Made by a program: the position numbers and the translations under genes. From the IMG/VR virus record IMGVR_UViG_3300031418_000003: a DNA stretch of 64,000 nt; one strand, written 5' to 3'. The DNA is from a virus (taxonomy: Duplodnaviria > Caudoviricetes). Position 1 is the stretch's first letter, and each line of letters opens with the position of its first letter. This document shows, in pieces, positions 1 through 7,981 of the stretch. The notes beneath the pieces are model-generated. The model saw only the letters and a program-made list of their open reading frames with translations. It was not told where the DNA came from and ran no database searches.

Positions 1-93
1 AATGGTAAAGGACTTTGTTGCCGGCGTAATCTGTGACTTTGCCTTGATGATTGAATGTGCCAAAGCAACGATATTCGCAAGAGTAACTTTCAT
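1..93 (-). CDS. Hypothetical protein, N-terminal fragment running off the window (MKVTLANIVALAHSIIKAKSQITPATKSFTI...)
   Basis: Hand translation: ATG at 93 preceded by GAAGGAAAGACC (RBS-like); frame open to the window edge. Not in the ORF track. Confidence 0.6.
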   Translation of the reverse strand, partial: MKVTLANIVALAHSIIKAKSQITPATKSFTI

Positions 94-142
94 GGTCTTT
101 CCTTCTAATCAATTAGGGGGGGGGGGTGGAATTACAATATTG

Positions 143-301
143 TTAAACCAGTGATTCTAAATCTGCACGGACGACGCGAGCTATTTCCATTAGCCGTTCA
201 CGTTCTTCACCTTCGGCTTCTTTGAGTTTCAACTGAAGGGTACCCAGACGGTCAGCAAGTTGAATGAGAATTTCATTAACTTCTGCTGTTTTACTATCCA
301 T
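143..301 (-). CDS. 52-aa helical hypothetical protein (MDSKTAEVNEILIQLADRLGTLQLKLKEAEGEERERLMEIARVVRADLESLV)
   Basis: Hand translation; AAGGA RBS upstream of ATG 301, TAA at 143-145; promoter-like motif 36 nt upstream. Below the ORF-track cutoff. Confidence 0.75.
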   Translation of the reverse strand: MDSKTAEVNEILIQLADRLGTLQLKLKEAEGEERERLMEIARVVRADLESLV

Positions 302-336
302 AACAAATCCTTAAATATTTGGTTTACATTACACTT

Positions 337-355
337 TAATAATATCGAACTAAAA
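337..355 (-). promoter_or_regulatory. Putative phage early promoter (variant copy TTTTAGTTCGATATTATTA)
   Basis: 15/19 identity to the copy at 18468-18486; lies between a terminator and the next start codon. Confidence 0.5.
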
Positions 356-374
356 AGAAATGTAACTAAAAAGA

Positions 375-400
375 GGGATGAGAGCTTACGCCCCCATCCC
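375..400 (-). terminator. Intrinsic terminator
   Basis: Minus strand GGGATGGGGGC-GTAA-GCTCTCATCCC (11 bp with G.U pairs, GNRA loop) followed by TCTTTTT; just downstream of the stop at 408. Confidence 0.75.
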
Positions 401-407
401 GTGTTCA

Positions 408-1115
408 TCAATGAATTGAATAATCTTCCTGCGGCAATACCACGTATTTATCGGAGTTAGGGTCTTTCAGGAGGTAATCTCCCTTGCGAGGGAACCGATG
501 TTTCCGACTACGGTAGTAGGTCAGATTTTCAAACTGGATGGTGTGGTCTTCCCCTTCGCACAAAATCACAACCGCATTTGTCATGGGCTGGTCGTAATCC
601 TGAATCTCACCGATGTAATTGAAGTTGCGAGTAGCACGGAACTCACCCACTACAAATACGTTACACAGTGGTTTCAGAGTTACGGTTGTCACAACCACCC
701 CGTTCTTGGTTAGACCAAAATGATATTTAATTTCATAATCGGATACCTTCAATCCTTTCATGCTAGTTTCAATATCGTCTACGAATGTATCCCATTCTTC
801 TTTGGAGGGAACAAATTCTTCATACTCGCTGCTGTTCAGGTGAGGGACAGGTTCCAGATAACGCAGATACTTAATGGACGCATCCAGAGCACACTTAGGA
901 TTATTGTCGTACGGTTTCATACAACCGGTATCACCGGAAATAATAGTCGAAACTAATCCCGCCCAACCATTGGTTGGTCCAGCACCGCCTCGAAAATCAA
1001 CCTTAGCTTCACCTGAAACATGCAAGTGAAGATTACCGATAGTATTCATGAGATGAACGATATCATCGGCAACGCCTTGGTTAACACCGTTATCATGTAT
1101 CTTAATCATGATCAC
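408..1115 (-). CDS. Hypothetical protein (235 aa)
   Basis: Long ORF, coupled to the upstream stop by a 4-nt overlap. Confidence 0.8.
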   Translation of the reverse strand: MIMIKIHDNGVNQGVADDIVHLMNTIGNLHLHVSGEAKVDFRGGAGPTNGWAGLVSTIISGDTGCMKPYDNNPKCALDASIKYLRYLEPVPHLNSSEYEEFVPSKEEWDTFVDDIETSMKGLKVSDYEIKYHFGLTKNGVVVTTVTLKPLCNVFVVGEFRATRNFNYIGEIQDYDQPMTNAVVILCEGEDHTIQFENLTYYRSRKHRFPRKGDYLLKDPNSDKYVVLPQEDYSIH

Positions 1116-2440
1116 ACCACCGAATTTAGTTCGACATACAGGTTGATGCGGGACTTGATTTGGTCCAGCAAACTGTTGACGATAACTTCGCCTGATTTAC
1201 CGATAACTGCCTTAGGACGACCAAATGCAATTTTGGCAGCACGTTTCCAGACGGGACTGTTACGGTTGTGAACGGAACCAAAGCTACTGCTGAATACCAT
1301 TGGGGAACTGAATTCACCAAACGGCTGAGGTTGTTTAACCGGCTGTTCAGCGGTCAGGTATTCAGGGAAGAAATCTTTCACACTGAATATTTCCCCGCCA
1401 ACCAACAGGTCGCACTGATTCAATCGCAGGAAAGGAAGCGGTTTGACTGCTGAGAAGAATCCATAGTCAACGCGTTTATCAATGGTGATAACGTTGCTCC
1501 CGTGATAGGTTGGATAATCCGCAACCGGGGTGTAATCTTTGAGTAACGGTGCATATCCCCCGCTGAAGTCAAAGGTGTGGAGATACTGATTGGTGGACAA
1601 GAAATCCAACGATCTACTACCATCGCCGAAAATTGCGAATACGAAGTCTTGACCACCCGTTGCGCGAGTCAGCGTGATGGACCCGAGACCGGTGATTCCA
1701 ATACCGTAGACATCAGAGTCACTGACCGACATGTAATTAGCAGCAAAGAGACGAGAGCTTTCAATTCTCGAATCATCAATGCTGAGATACTGGGCCGGTC
1801 CCTGGATTGACGAATGGGTGACCGATGAGTCAATTAATGTAATACTGTTGTTCGATTCAATAACCGAATTAAACAGAATGGTGTTACCCAGGAATGATAA
1901 TGTCTTGGTGATGACGGAACTGGCCAAGATGACTAATGCCGGCTTGCCGTACTTGTTATCGTGTCCGACGAAAGGAGCGTCACCATAGTAATCATCCCGA
2001 TAAAGTGTATCGGAGATAATCAGTTTGGAACCGGTACTGATGTAAATATCCAGACCATCGACCTGCAGATGTTTAAATTTCAAATCCTTATGTGCAAGTT
2101 TCTGGCCGAAGGTCCATTTACCTGAACCTCCTTTGTGCCGAGTGCGCTGATTTTCAAAAATGTTATCAACATCGCGATAGAAAGGAATCACACTTCCCAA
2201 GTCAACCGGGATGTCTTTTATTTCGACATCTTTCAGTTCAAACTGTTTGCCGGCAATTTCCACAATGGGTTCGTGCTTGGGGTCGTTGATGTAAGGACGA
2301 CGAGCTTCGAGAACCTGGCGAGGTGCTAGGAAAGGAACATCCTCTAAACCAAGACCTTCCTCAACAACAAGTTTATTTGCAAGCTCTACAACTTCAACCG
2401 GCTCCAACTCAACGGCGACTTCTTTTGCTTTCTTAGTCAT
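1112..2440 (-). CDS. Hypothetical protein (442 aa) with a probable beta-solenoid central region
   Basis: Long ORF with RBS; central run of S/I/D-rich short repeats (LFNSVIESNNSITLIDSSVTHSSIQ...IDDSRIESSRL...VSDSDV). Confidence 0.8.
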   Translation of the reverse strand: MTKKAKEVAVELEPVEVVELANKLVVEEGLGLEDVPFLAPRQVLEARRPYINDPKHEPIVEIAGKQFELKDVEIKDIPVDLGSVIPFYRDVDNIFENQRTRHKGGSGKWTFGQKLAHKDLKFKHLQVDGLDIYISTGSKLIISDTLYRDDYYGDAPFVGHDNKYGKPALVILASSVITKTLSFLGNTILFNSVIESNNSITLIDSSVTHSSIQGPAQYLSIDDSRIESSRLFAANYMSVSDSDVYGIGITGLGSITLTRATGGQDFVFAIFGDGSRSLDFLSTNQYLHTFDFSGGYAPLLKDYTPVADYPTYHGSNVITIDKRVDYGFFSAVKPLPFLRLNQCDLLVGGEIFSVKDFFPEYLTAEQPVKQPQPFGEFSSPMVFSSSFGSVHNRNSPVWKRAAKIAFGRPKAVIGKSGEVIVNSLLDQIKSRINLYVELNSVV

Positions 2441-2458
2441 TAGACTGTACCTTGGTAA

Positions 2459-2481
2459 AAGGTGGATGGGGTACCCACCTT
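2459..2481 (-). terminator. Possible terminator hairpin
   Basis: AAGGTGG...CCACCTT inverted repeat in the gap between genes. Confidence 0.45.
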
Positions 2482-2501
2482 ATTTGAGATAGGGTTCTTT
2501 A

Positions 2502-2954
2502 TTACTCGACAATCGACTTCTTGCGCATCATCTCTTCCACGTCGTGCACCAATTCTGCCTGATACATATTCATGGCGTAGTTGATGACCTGAATTAGCCG
2601 CGGGTCAAACACAATGTCGTCACCTTGCCTGACTGTGCGTTGGAATCCACAATTGCTCAAGATGAACTCTTTGTGCGACATATCAATTGAAGACGGCATC
2701 CACAAATCTTTCTTTGCTGATTCGATGGTGTCGGATTCACTGCTCGTCATTGTAACCGATTTCTTCAGCTTCACCATGCGGTCGTGAGTATCTTTGAGCG
2801 GAGAGCTGCCGATTTTTGGTGCTCCGTAGACTTTAACCGGCGGCTCAACTGTCGCTTTAACATGAGCAAACCCATGCTTACGGGAAACCTTGTTGTGGGT
2901 TTTCGTGTCAGCACGGAAGAACCACTTAATACCTTTCCAAATAGATTTAAGCAT
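2502..2954 (-). CDS. Hypothetical protein (150 aa, start MLKSIWKG)
   Basis: Start moved to the ATG at 2954 (AAGGAAAAGAAAT upstream); overlaps the previous stop. Confidence 0.75.
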   Translation of the reverse strand: MLKSIWKGIKWFFRADTKTHNKVSRKHGFAHVKATVEPPVKVYGAPKIGSSPLKDTHDRMVKLKKSVTMTSSESDTIESAKKDLWMPSSIDMSHKEFILSNCGFQRTVRQGDDIVFDPRLIQVINYAMNMYQAELVHDVEEMMRKKSIVE

Positions 2955-3180
2955 ATTTCTTTTCCTTCTTCGTGTTTGATACATACTGGATTAGAATATA
3001 TGCCCAGAATGCACTCAGGATACTTGCGGTTTGATTGGCCATGGGCTTATCGAAATACGCAACGATAAACCAAACGCCTGTGGTGAACAAAGAGAAAATC
3101 AAGGTACAAGAAACCAATGCAAAGAGAAGCGGGGATTTGGCAGCGATTTTCCAGAACCATAAGTTGAATTTAAACCACAT
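2947..3180 (-). CDS. Small membrane protein (77 aa, two hydrophobic segments)
   Basis: GAGGT RBS before ATG 3180; segments LLFALVSCTLIFSLFTTGVWFIVAYF and ILSAFWAYILIQYV. Confidence 0.7.
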   Translation of the reverse strand: MWFKFNLWFWKIAAKSPLLFALVSCTLIFSLFTTGVWFIVAYFDKPMANQTASILSAFWAYILIQYVSNTKKEKKYA

Positions 3181-3226
3181 CGGTATTACCTCACATCTTC
3201 TAATTGACGAACAGTCATGGTGCATC

Positions 3227-3568
3227 CTAATTAAGAGTAGGTTTAGGTTCTAACCTCACCACGGTTAATGGGTTAGAACGGTTGGATGGATTCGTGATAC
3301 CAAAAATCCAGGCAACTTCGTTCTCGTGAAAATGCAGATAACCTTCATAAGAAAAGTCCTTGGAGAAATCGACACTCACCGTTTTCACGTTTTTAGAGAG
3401 TTCTTCATCCTGCCAGGCATCTTCTTTACTTAAAGGGGTGATCTCATAACGCTGATCACCGACATACACAAAACACTTACCTTTGCGAATATAGACCTTT
3501 GCAAATGTTCCATGGAGTGCTTTGCATTCATGCATATCCAAAGACTTAAGGTTTAATGGAGCCATCAT
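3227..3568 (-). CDS. Hypothetical protein (113 aa)
   Basis: ORF coupled to the upstream gene by a 4-nt overlap. Confidence 0.7.
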   Translation of the reverse strand: MMAPLNLKSLDMHECKALHGTFAKVYIRKGKCFVYVGDQRYEITPLSKEDAWQDEELSKNVKTVSVDFSKDFSYEGYLHFHENEVAWIFGITNPSNRSNPLTVVRLEPKPTLN

Positions 3569-4461
3569 CTCACCCCGCGACGTTTCGCTACCGGATAGCG
3601 GTTACCTGCTTTACCGGTTACCACTTTCTTGTGACGCCCACCATTGGTAGAAATGTCATACCCATGTCCACCGCTACCCTGGTATGTCGTTACCATTGAA
3701 CTACCCAAAGACAATGCACCCGCCATGCCGTGCATTAATGAGCGCTTCATCAGACTCTGTTGTTCGGTAGTCGGTTCAAAATACGGAGTAGTAAGGCATT
3801 CTTCCATTGTTGACTCAACCTGACTCTGATAATGAGCGAGGGAACCTTTTACTTGATTCGCTCGACGAGCCCGTTCAGCGAGAAGTATTTCCATTTCCTT
3901 CTCCTGGCGATTTGCAACCTCAGTAGTCGCAGTCATCTCATCAAGTCCTTCTGTCCACATCAGCGAACGAATACGCTCGATAGTGTCATACATTAAGTGG
4001 AATCCATGCATGCCATATTTCTCTTTCATTTCGTGAACACGTTTAATCCACTCATCAGGATCTTTCACAAAACGTTTGTCGGTATCGGAATCTGGAATAA
4101 CCAGGTCATCGAATAAGCTGATCATTTCTTTGCTAAGTTCTTCAACTTCTTTTAGTCCGAGGCTTTTCTTGCTTTCATATTGCTGATCTGGGTACTTAAT
4201 AAAAGTACCAAGAATCCGCTTAGCCTGGATTCCATTAATGCACATACTTGAGGTATTGAAAGGATAAACCTTTTCACTGCCCTGAAGGTAGATGGTGTTA
4301 AACACTTCAACCACCAACGACATATCAAATTCTTTTGACAGTTCTTCAATCTTCAACATGGTTTTGTTATCAAAGATCCAGCTATCCACATCACTCTGAA
4401 CCATACCTAAATCAAACCCTTCTAAGCGTTGATGGATTTGTTTCTTAATTTCTTCAGACAT
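3565..4461 (-). CDS. Hypothetical protein (298 aa) with a basic C-terminal tail
   Basis: GAGGAG RBS; ends GGRHKKVVTGKAGNRYPVAKRRGVR. Confidence 0.8.
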   Translation of the reverse strand: MSEEIKKQIHQRLEGFDLGMVQSDVDSWIFDNKTMLKIEELSKEFDMSLVVEVFNTIYLQGSEKVYPFNTSSMCINGIQAKRILGTFIKYPDQQYESKKSLGLKEVEELSKEMISLFDDLVIPDSDTDKRFVKDPDEWIKRVHEMKEKYGMHGFHLMYDTIERIRSLMWTEGLDEMTATTEVANRQEKEMEILLAERARRANQVKGSLAHYQSQVESTMEECLTTPYFEPTTEQQSLMKRSLMHGMAGALSLGSSMVTTYQGSGGHGYDISTNGGRHKKVVTGKAGNRYPVAKRRGVR

Positions 4462-4475
4462 AATAAACTCCTCTA

Positions 4476-4505
4476 AGCGTATCTAGGGATATCCCTAGAT
4501 ACGCT
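4476..4505. repeat. Perfect 30-nt palindrome directly upstream of an RBS
   Basis: AGCGTATCTAGGGAT|ATCCCTAGATACGCT. Confidence 0.9.
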
Positions 4506-4513
4506 CTGTAGTA

Positions 4514-4654
4514 TTATTTCTTTTGGGCTTTAGCTTTGTCAGCGTCGTTGTACTCTTTGCCTACCGATTGAGGAACCCCAACCTTTTTAGCAAACTCCGG
4601 AGAGTGCGCGACTGCTGCCATAAACTTCTTTTGTTTCTCAGATACACTGGGCAT
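4514..4654 (-). CDS. 46-aa small basic protein (MPSVSEKQKKFMAAVAHSPEFAKKVGVPQSVGKEYNDADKAKAQKK)
   Basis: Hand translation; GGAGG RBS before ATG 4654, TAA at 4514. Resembles a small protein family I recall from many phages (function unknown). Not in the ORF track. Confidence 0.85.
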   Translation of the reverse strand: MPSVSEKQKKFMAAVAHSPEFAKKVGVPQSVGKEYNDADKAKAQKK

Positions 4655-4681
4655 TTAATCCTCCAACATTAAGTCAAAGAA

Positions 4682-4915
4682 TTAATACAAAGGCATCCCC
4701 AGTTTATACAGAGTGACCAACATAATAATAACAAAAGTTACAAAACTAAGTATTGCTCTAATTCGATATGAAGAGAGATGACTATCAAGCGCCTTCTTAT
4801 CATCTTTGATTTTGATGGCCTTGATTACATGGTACCCAACATTGATTATCTCCATCAGAAGGTACACCCCAACCGCTGAGATAAAATAGAATATCGAGTT
4901 TAATTGCTCTGGCAT
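4682..4915 (-). CDS. Small membrane protein (77 aa, 2 TM)
   Basis: Two hydrophobic segments; starts 3 nt after the AAA ATPase stop. Confidence 0.75.
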   Translation of the reverse strand: MPEQLNSIFYFISAVGVYLLMEIINVGYHVIKAIKIKDDKKALDSHLSSYRIRAILSFVTFVIIMLVTLYKLGMPLY

Positions 4916-4918
4916 AGC

Positions 4919-6286
4919 TTATTCTCCACTTGCATTCAACAGAAATACATTATCTTCTTTTAAAGACAACAGGGCTTTAGTGAAATCATTCACCGACCAC
5001 TTGTTATCCAGGAAGTGTTTGCTCACAGTTGCCACAGGTAATGACGGAAGTGTTTCGCCGACATAATCTGTTTTGTACATGAGCTTGATATAACTAACGA
5101 TATCCTCGTGACTGAAGTAGTCAACCAGGATACGGCGGTCTACACGACCATCACGAATCAACGCAGGATCCAATTTCTCGGGATGGTTGGTGGTAATCAA
5201 TACGATTACATCATCCAGAGGAATAACGCCCTGAAGGCCGTTCAGGAGGTCTGACAGTGACCCGCCCAGATACTCAGACAAAGCGTCGCCAAAAGAAGCG
5301 CCCTCATCGTCATCGGTATTGATTGGGGTGAGAGTAGAACCGCTACTGATTTTGGTCGTTGGAACAGCTACACCTGCTTCTACATCAGTCACCGCAGAAG
5401 TGCGTTTACGTGCGATGCCGAACGCATCGATATCCTCGATAAGCACCACTCCACCTTTGGCGTTCTGGAACAGAGAAGTATACGAGATATCACCATCAGG
5501 AGACATCTTATAAAGATTACGTCCCAGCACATTTGCTACTTCACGGGCAATTGAACTTTTGCCGGTACCAGGAGGTCCGTACAGTAACGCACAAAACTTA
5601 TAGTCCAGACCGCGCTCCATATACCATTCACGGCTGTTGACAAACTCTTTAAGAGGGTCAATAAGTTCCTCTTGGATATTCTTCTGAATAACCATCGTTC
5701 CAGGACGACGTTTCTGGGTACGAGTTACCCAGGTCCAATCGGTTTTATTGGCATCAAACATGGTGATGTAATTAGCCGGGTCAGCTTGATCCATAAACGC
5801 ATCCATCAATTCATAAAGAGGTTGTTTAGACCGACCTATGACAGAAATGGAAATGTTGTATTTGGAGAGGTGAGTGCCCTGCGAATCTTTTTCAGTAATC
5901 CGAAAGAAGAAGAACCGTCTCTTAAAGATAAAGATATGGGTTCCGACACCTGGACCTACGGCACCAAACTCGTTACGGGATTCACCGTCAAGCGTGATGA
6001 TGCGACTCCAGTTAAACCAGGCGTTCTTACTGAACCATTTCAGGAAAGCAGTATACTGCATCTGGTTATAATCACCCCAAGTGGAACCTGAGGTATTAAA
6101 GGTTAGTGACGTCATACACTGACCACGGAAGAAATTACCAATAGTTTTCGGTAACTTAATTAATAAGAAACCAATCAGTCCCGCAATAGAAACCGAAGAG
6201 ATGGTGACAAGTGCCGCTTGTGCTTGTGGCATGTGAACCGTTTGGTCCAGTACAGTTTGGTACAGACCCATTACCCATTCAATCAT
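4919..6286 (-). CDS. BCS1-like membrane-anchored AAA+ ATPase (455 aa)
   Basis: N-terminal TM (ALVTISSVSIAGLIGFLLIKL), Walker A GPPGTGKS, Walker B VLIEDID, second region of homology TTNHPEKLDPALIRDGRVD. Confidence 0.85.
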   Translation of the reverse strand: MIEWVMGLYQTVLDQTVHMPQAQAALVTISSVSIAGLIGFLLIKLPKTIGNFFRGQCMTSLTFNTSGSTWGDYNQMQYTAFLKWFSKNAWFNWSRIITLDGESRNEFGAVGPGVGTHIFIFKRRFFFFRITEKDSQGTHLSKYNISISVIGRSKQPLYELMDAFMDQADPANYITMFDANKTDWTWVTRTQKRRPGTMVIQKNIQEELIDPLKEFVNSREWYMERGLDYKFCALLYGPPGTGKSSIAREVANVLGRNLYKMSPDGDISYTSLFQNAKGGVVLIEDIDAFGIARKRTSAVTDVEAGVAVPTTKISSGSTLTPINTDDDEGASFGDALSEYLGGSLSDLLNGLQGVIPLDDVIVLITTNHPEKLDPALIRDGRVDRRILVDYFSHEDIVSYIKLMYKTDYVGETLPSLPVATVSKHFLDNKWSVNDFTKALLSLKEDNVFLLNASGE

Positions 6287-6486
6287 GATTTAAACCTTTT
6301 TCTTATATCAGAAATGGAACTGAGTAACCCCAGTCCACCAAAAGTGACCAGAAAAGAAATGCCCGTCCCAAAAATGGCAACCACAACAATTGGCATCTTT
6401 TCCAGCATATGTATTGTAGGACCCAACAAAGATAATCCCATCAAAATCATTATTATAAATAATGTCAGATGTATCCAGTCCCGCAT
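6283..6486 (-). CDS. Small membrane protein (67 aa, 2 TM)
   Basis: Almost entirely hydrophobic; 4-nt overlap with the ATPase start. Confidence 0.75.
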   Translation of the reverse strand: MRDWIHLTLFIIMILMGLSLLGPTIHMLEKMPIVVVAIFGTGISFLVTFGGLGLLSSISDIRKRFKS

Positions 6487-6680
6487 TACCGATGTCCTTT
6501 ACTTTTCTGAGAGACCGGCCAGGAATGACGCTTACCCTGAACCACCTCTTGACGACTATTACCCTTTACAGTAATTGGATTGTCTTTAGGGGTGGGATGG
6601 GTTGAAATATGGATCAGCTCGATTCTATTGTCTCGATGCTGACGATAGGTGACATGCGTTGTTATACCATTATCTTTCAT
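6486..6680 (-). CDS. 64-aa hypothetical protein with the basic C-terminal tail
   Basis: TAATG coupling at both ends; ends GNSRQEVVQGKRHSWPVSQKSKGHR. Confidence 0.75.
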   Translation of the reverse strand: MKDNGITTHVTYRQHRDNRIELIHISTHPTPKDNPITVKGNSRQEVVQGKRHSWPVSQKSKGHR

Positions 6681-7108
6681 TATTGCATCATCCAGGATTT
6701 CATTATGTCATCGATTCTAGAACAGATCATTTTATCGAGAACAGTCTGATTTGCAAATAGCGCATCAGTAAACTGTTCACCATTATCTATTCGATAGATC
6801 TTGATACCATCAGTGTGAGATTTCTTTAACCCAGCCAAAATAAAATCGCTGCTGGTTAATGTACCTTTGGTTACCGTATCGTAAACACTTTTATCAGGAT
6901 AAAGAGCATAGTTCAGGATATACTTAATATCAGGATTTGACTCATATATCTGAATAATGAAATAAGGAAGCGGTTGATTATCAGCAGTGAGTAGTGCGAT
7001 TCTCAGCCCGATGTTTTTGGGTGTCTCAAAAGGAATGGTATTTTCAACCAATACCTGAGGATTGATAGGCTTTTCTGGATTCAATGTTACCGACATCATC
7101 ATTATCAT
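6680..7108 (-). CDS. Hypothetical protein (about 142 aa)
   Basis: ORF coupled at both ends. Confidence 0.75.
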   Translation of the reverse strand: MIMMMSVTLNPEKPINPQVLVENTIPFETPKNIGLRIALLTADNQPLPYFIIQIYESNPDIKYILNYALYPDKSVYDTVTKGTLTSSDFILAGLKKSHTDGIKIYRIDNGEQFTDALFANQTVLDKMICSRIDDIMKSWMMQ

Positions 7109-7284
7109 CTACCTCGACGTTTAGGTTCCGGCCAGGAATGTTTACCACCCATGATACGTTTCTGACGGGAATTACCAGCAACCGTTTCGGGTTCATAATT
7201 CCGGTACAGTTCCGCATTGGTCGTAGCCTTTGCTACAAGAGACAAGACTTTTACGATCTCGCCTGTTATAAAGTTCTTTGTCAT
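7105..7284 (-). CDS. 59-aa hypothetical protein (MTKNFITGEIVKVLSLVAKATTNAELYRNYEPETVAGNSRQKRIMGGKHSWPEPKRRGR)
   Basis: Hand translation; AAGGATAGG RBS before ATG 7284; TGA overlaps the next ATG (ATGA). Not in the ORF track. Confidence 0.8.
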   Translation of the reverse strand: MTKNFITGEIVKVLSLVAKATTNAELYRNYEPETVAGNSRQKRIMGGKHSWPEPKRRGR

Positions 7285-7294
7285 ACCTATCCTT

Positions 7295-7322
7295 AATAGA
7301 AGGGGATTCCTCCCCCTCTATT
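7295..7322 (-). terminator. Stem-loop (terminator or processing/stability hairpin)
   Basis: Minus strand AATAGAGGGGGA-GGAA-TCCCCTTCTATT, immediately followed by an RBS. Confidence 0.6.
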
Positions 7323-7324
7323 TA

Positions 7325-7918
7325 TTAAGAAAGTTGTAGACGTGGTTTGAGCTTTTCAATAAAGCGTAATCCACCAACAATATTACCCGTCTCAACCAAT
7401 TGACGAGCTACCTGACACAGTGCCGTTTCGGTTGTAAACACCAAACGGTTACATTGGGTCTCATCGACACAGCCAAAACTGTCGACAAATGAATCAATCT
7501 CTTCTGAATACTCCACCGTGTTTCGGAATGCAAACAACGGCTCTTGAGTAATCTTCAGGTTATAATGATACACCGCCTGATAAAGAAAGAGACGCACCTG
7601 GTGCTGATAGATCTTATCCACAGACTTGGTATCAAAGATAAGTTCAATCCAGTTACCGCCGTTGCCCTTCAATGTTGCACTGATTTCGGCTGCATACATC
7701 CCCATCGTGTAACCGGGTTGGGTCAACACTTTGGCAAGTCCGAGAAGTCTGATGCGTTGAATAACGTCGTCATGGATACTGGGATACGGCTTCAACGCAG
7801 ATCGAACTTCACAAGGGCACAAACGGTCTAATTCAACTAACTGAAGACCAGCTTGGATGCACGACTTATGATGATGCATTTCACGAACCAGCGTATTAGA
7901 AGGGTCAATATTTAACAT
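7325..7918 (-). CDS. Hypothetical protein (197 aa, start MLNIDPS)
   Basis: AAGGA RBS before ATG 7918. Confidence 0.75.
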   Translation of the reverse strand: MLNIDPSNTLVREMHHHKSCIQAGLQLVELDRLCPCEVRSALKPYPSIHDDVIQRIRLLGLAKVLTQPGYTMGMYAAEISATLKGNGGNWIELIFDTKSVDKIYQHQVRLFLYQAVYHYNLKITQEPLFAFRNTVEYSEEIDSFVDSFGCVDETQCNRLVFTTETALCQVARQLVETGNIVGGLRFIEKLKPRLQLS

Positions 7919-7981
7919 AGGTAAATCCTTGAGCAAAGTAAAATAAAGTATGTGTAGTCTTACATCGCTTCCATATGAAAA

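Noticed and set aside
229-460. Track ORFs 229-411 (-) and 260-460 (+)
   Set aside because: They run across a terminator and a promoter motif, and a better 52-aa ORF with an RBS (143-301) explains the region.
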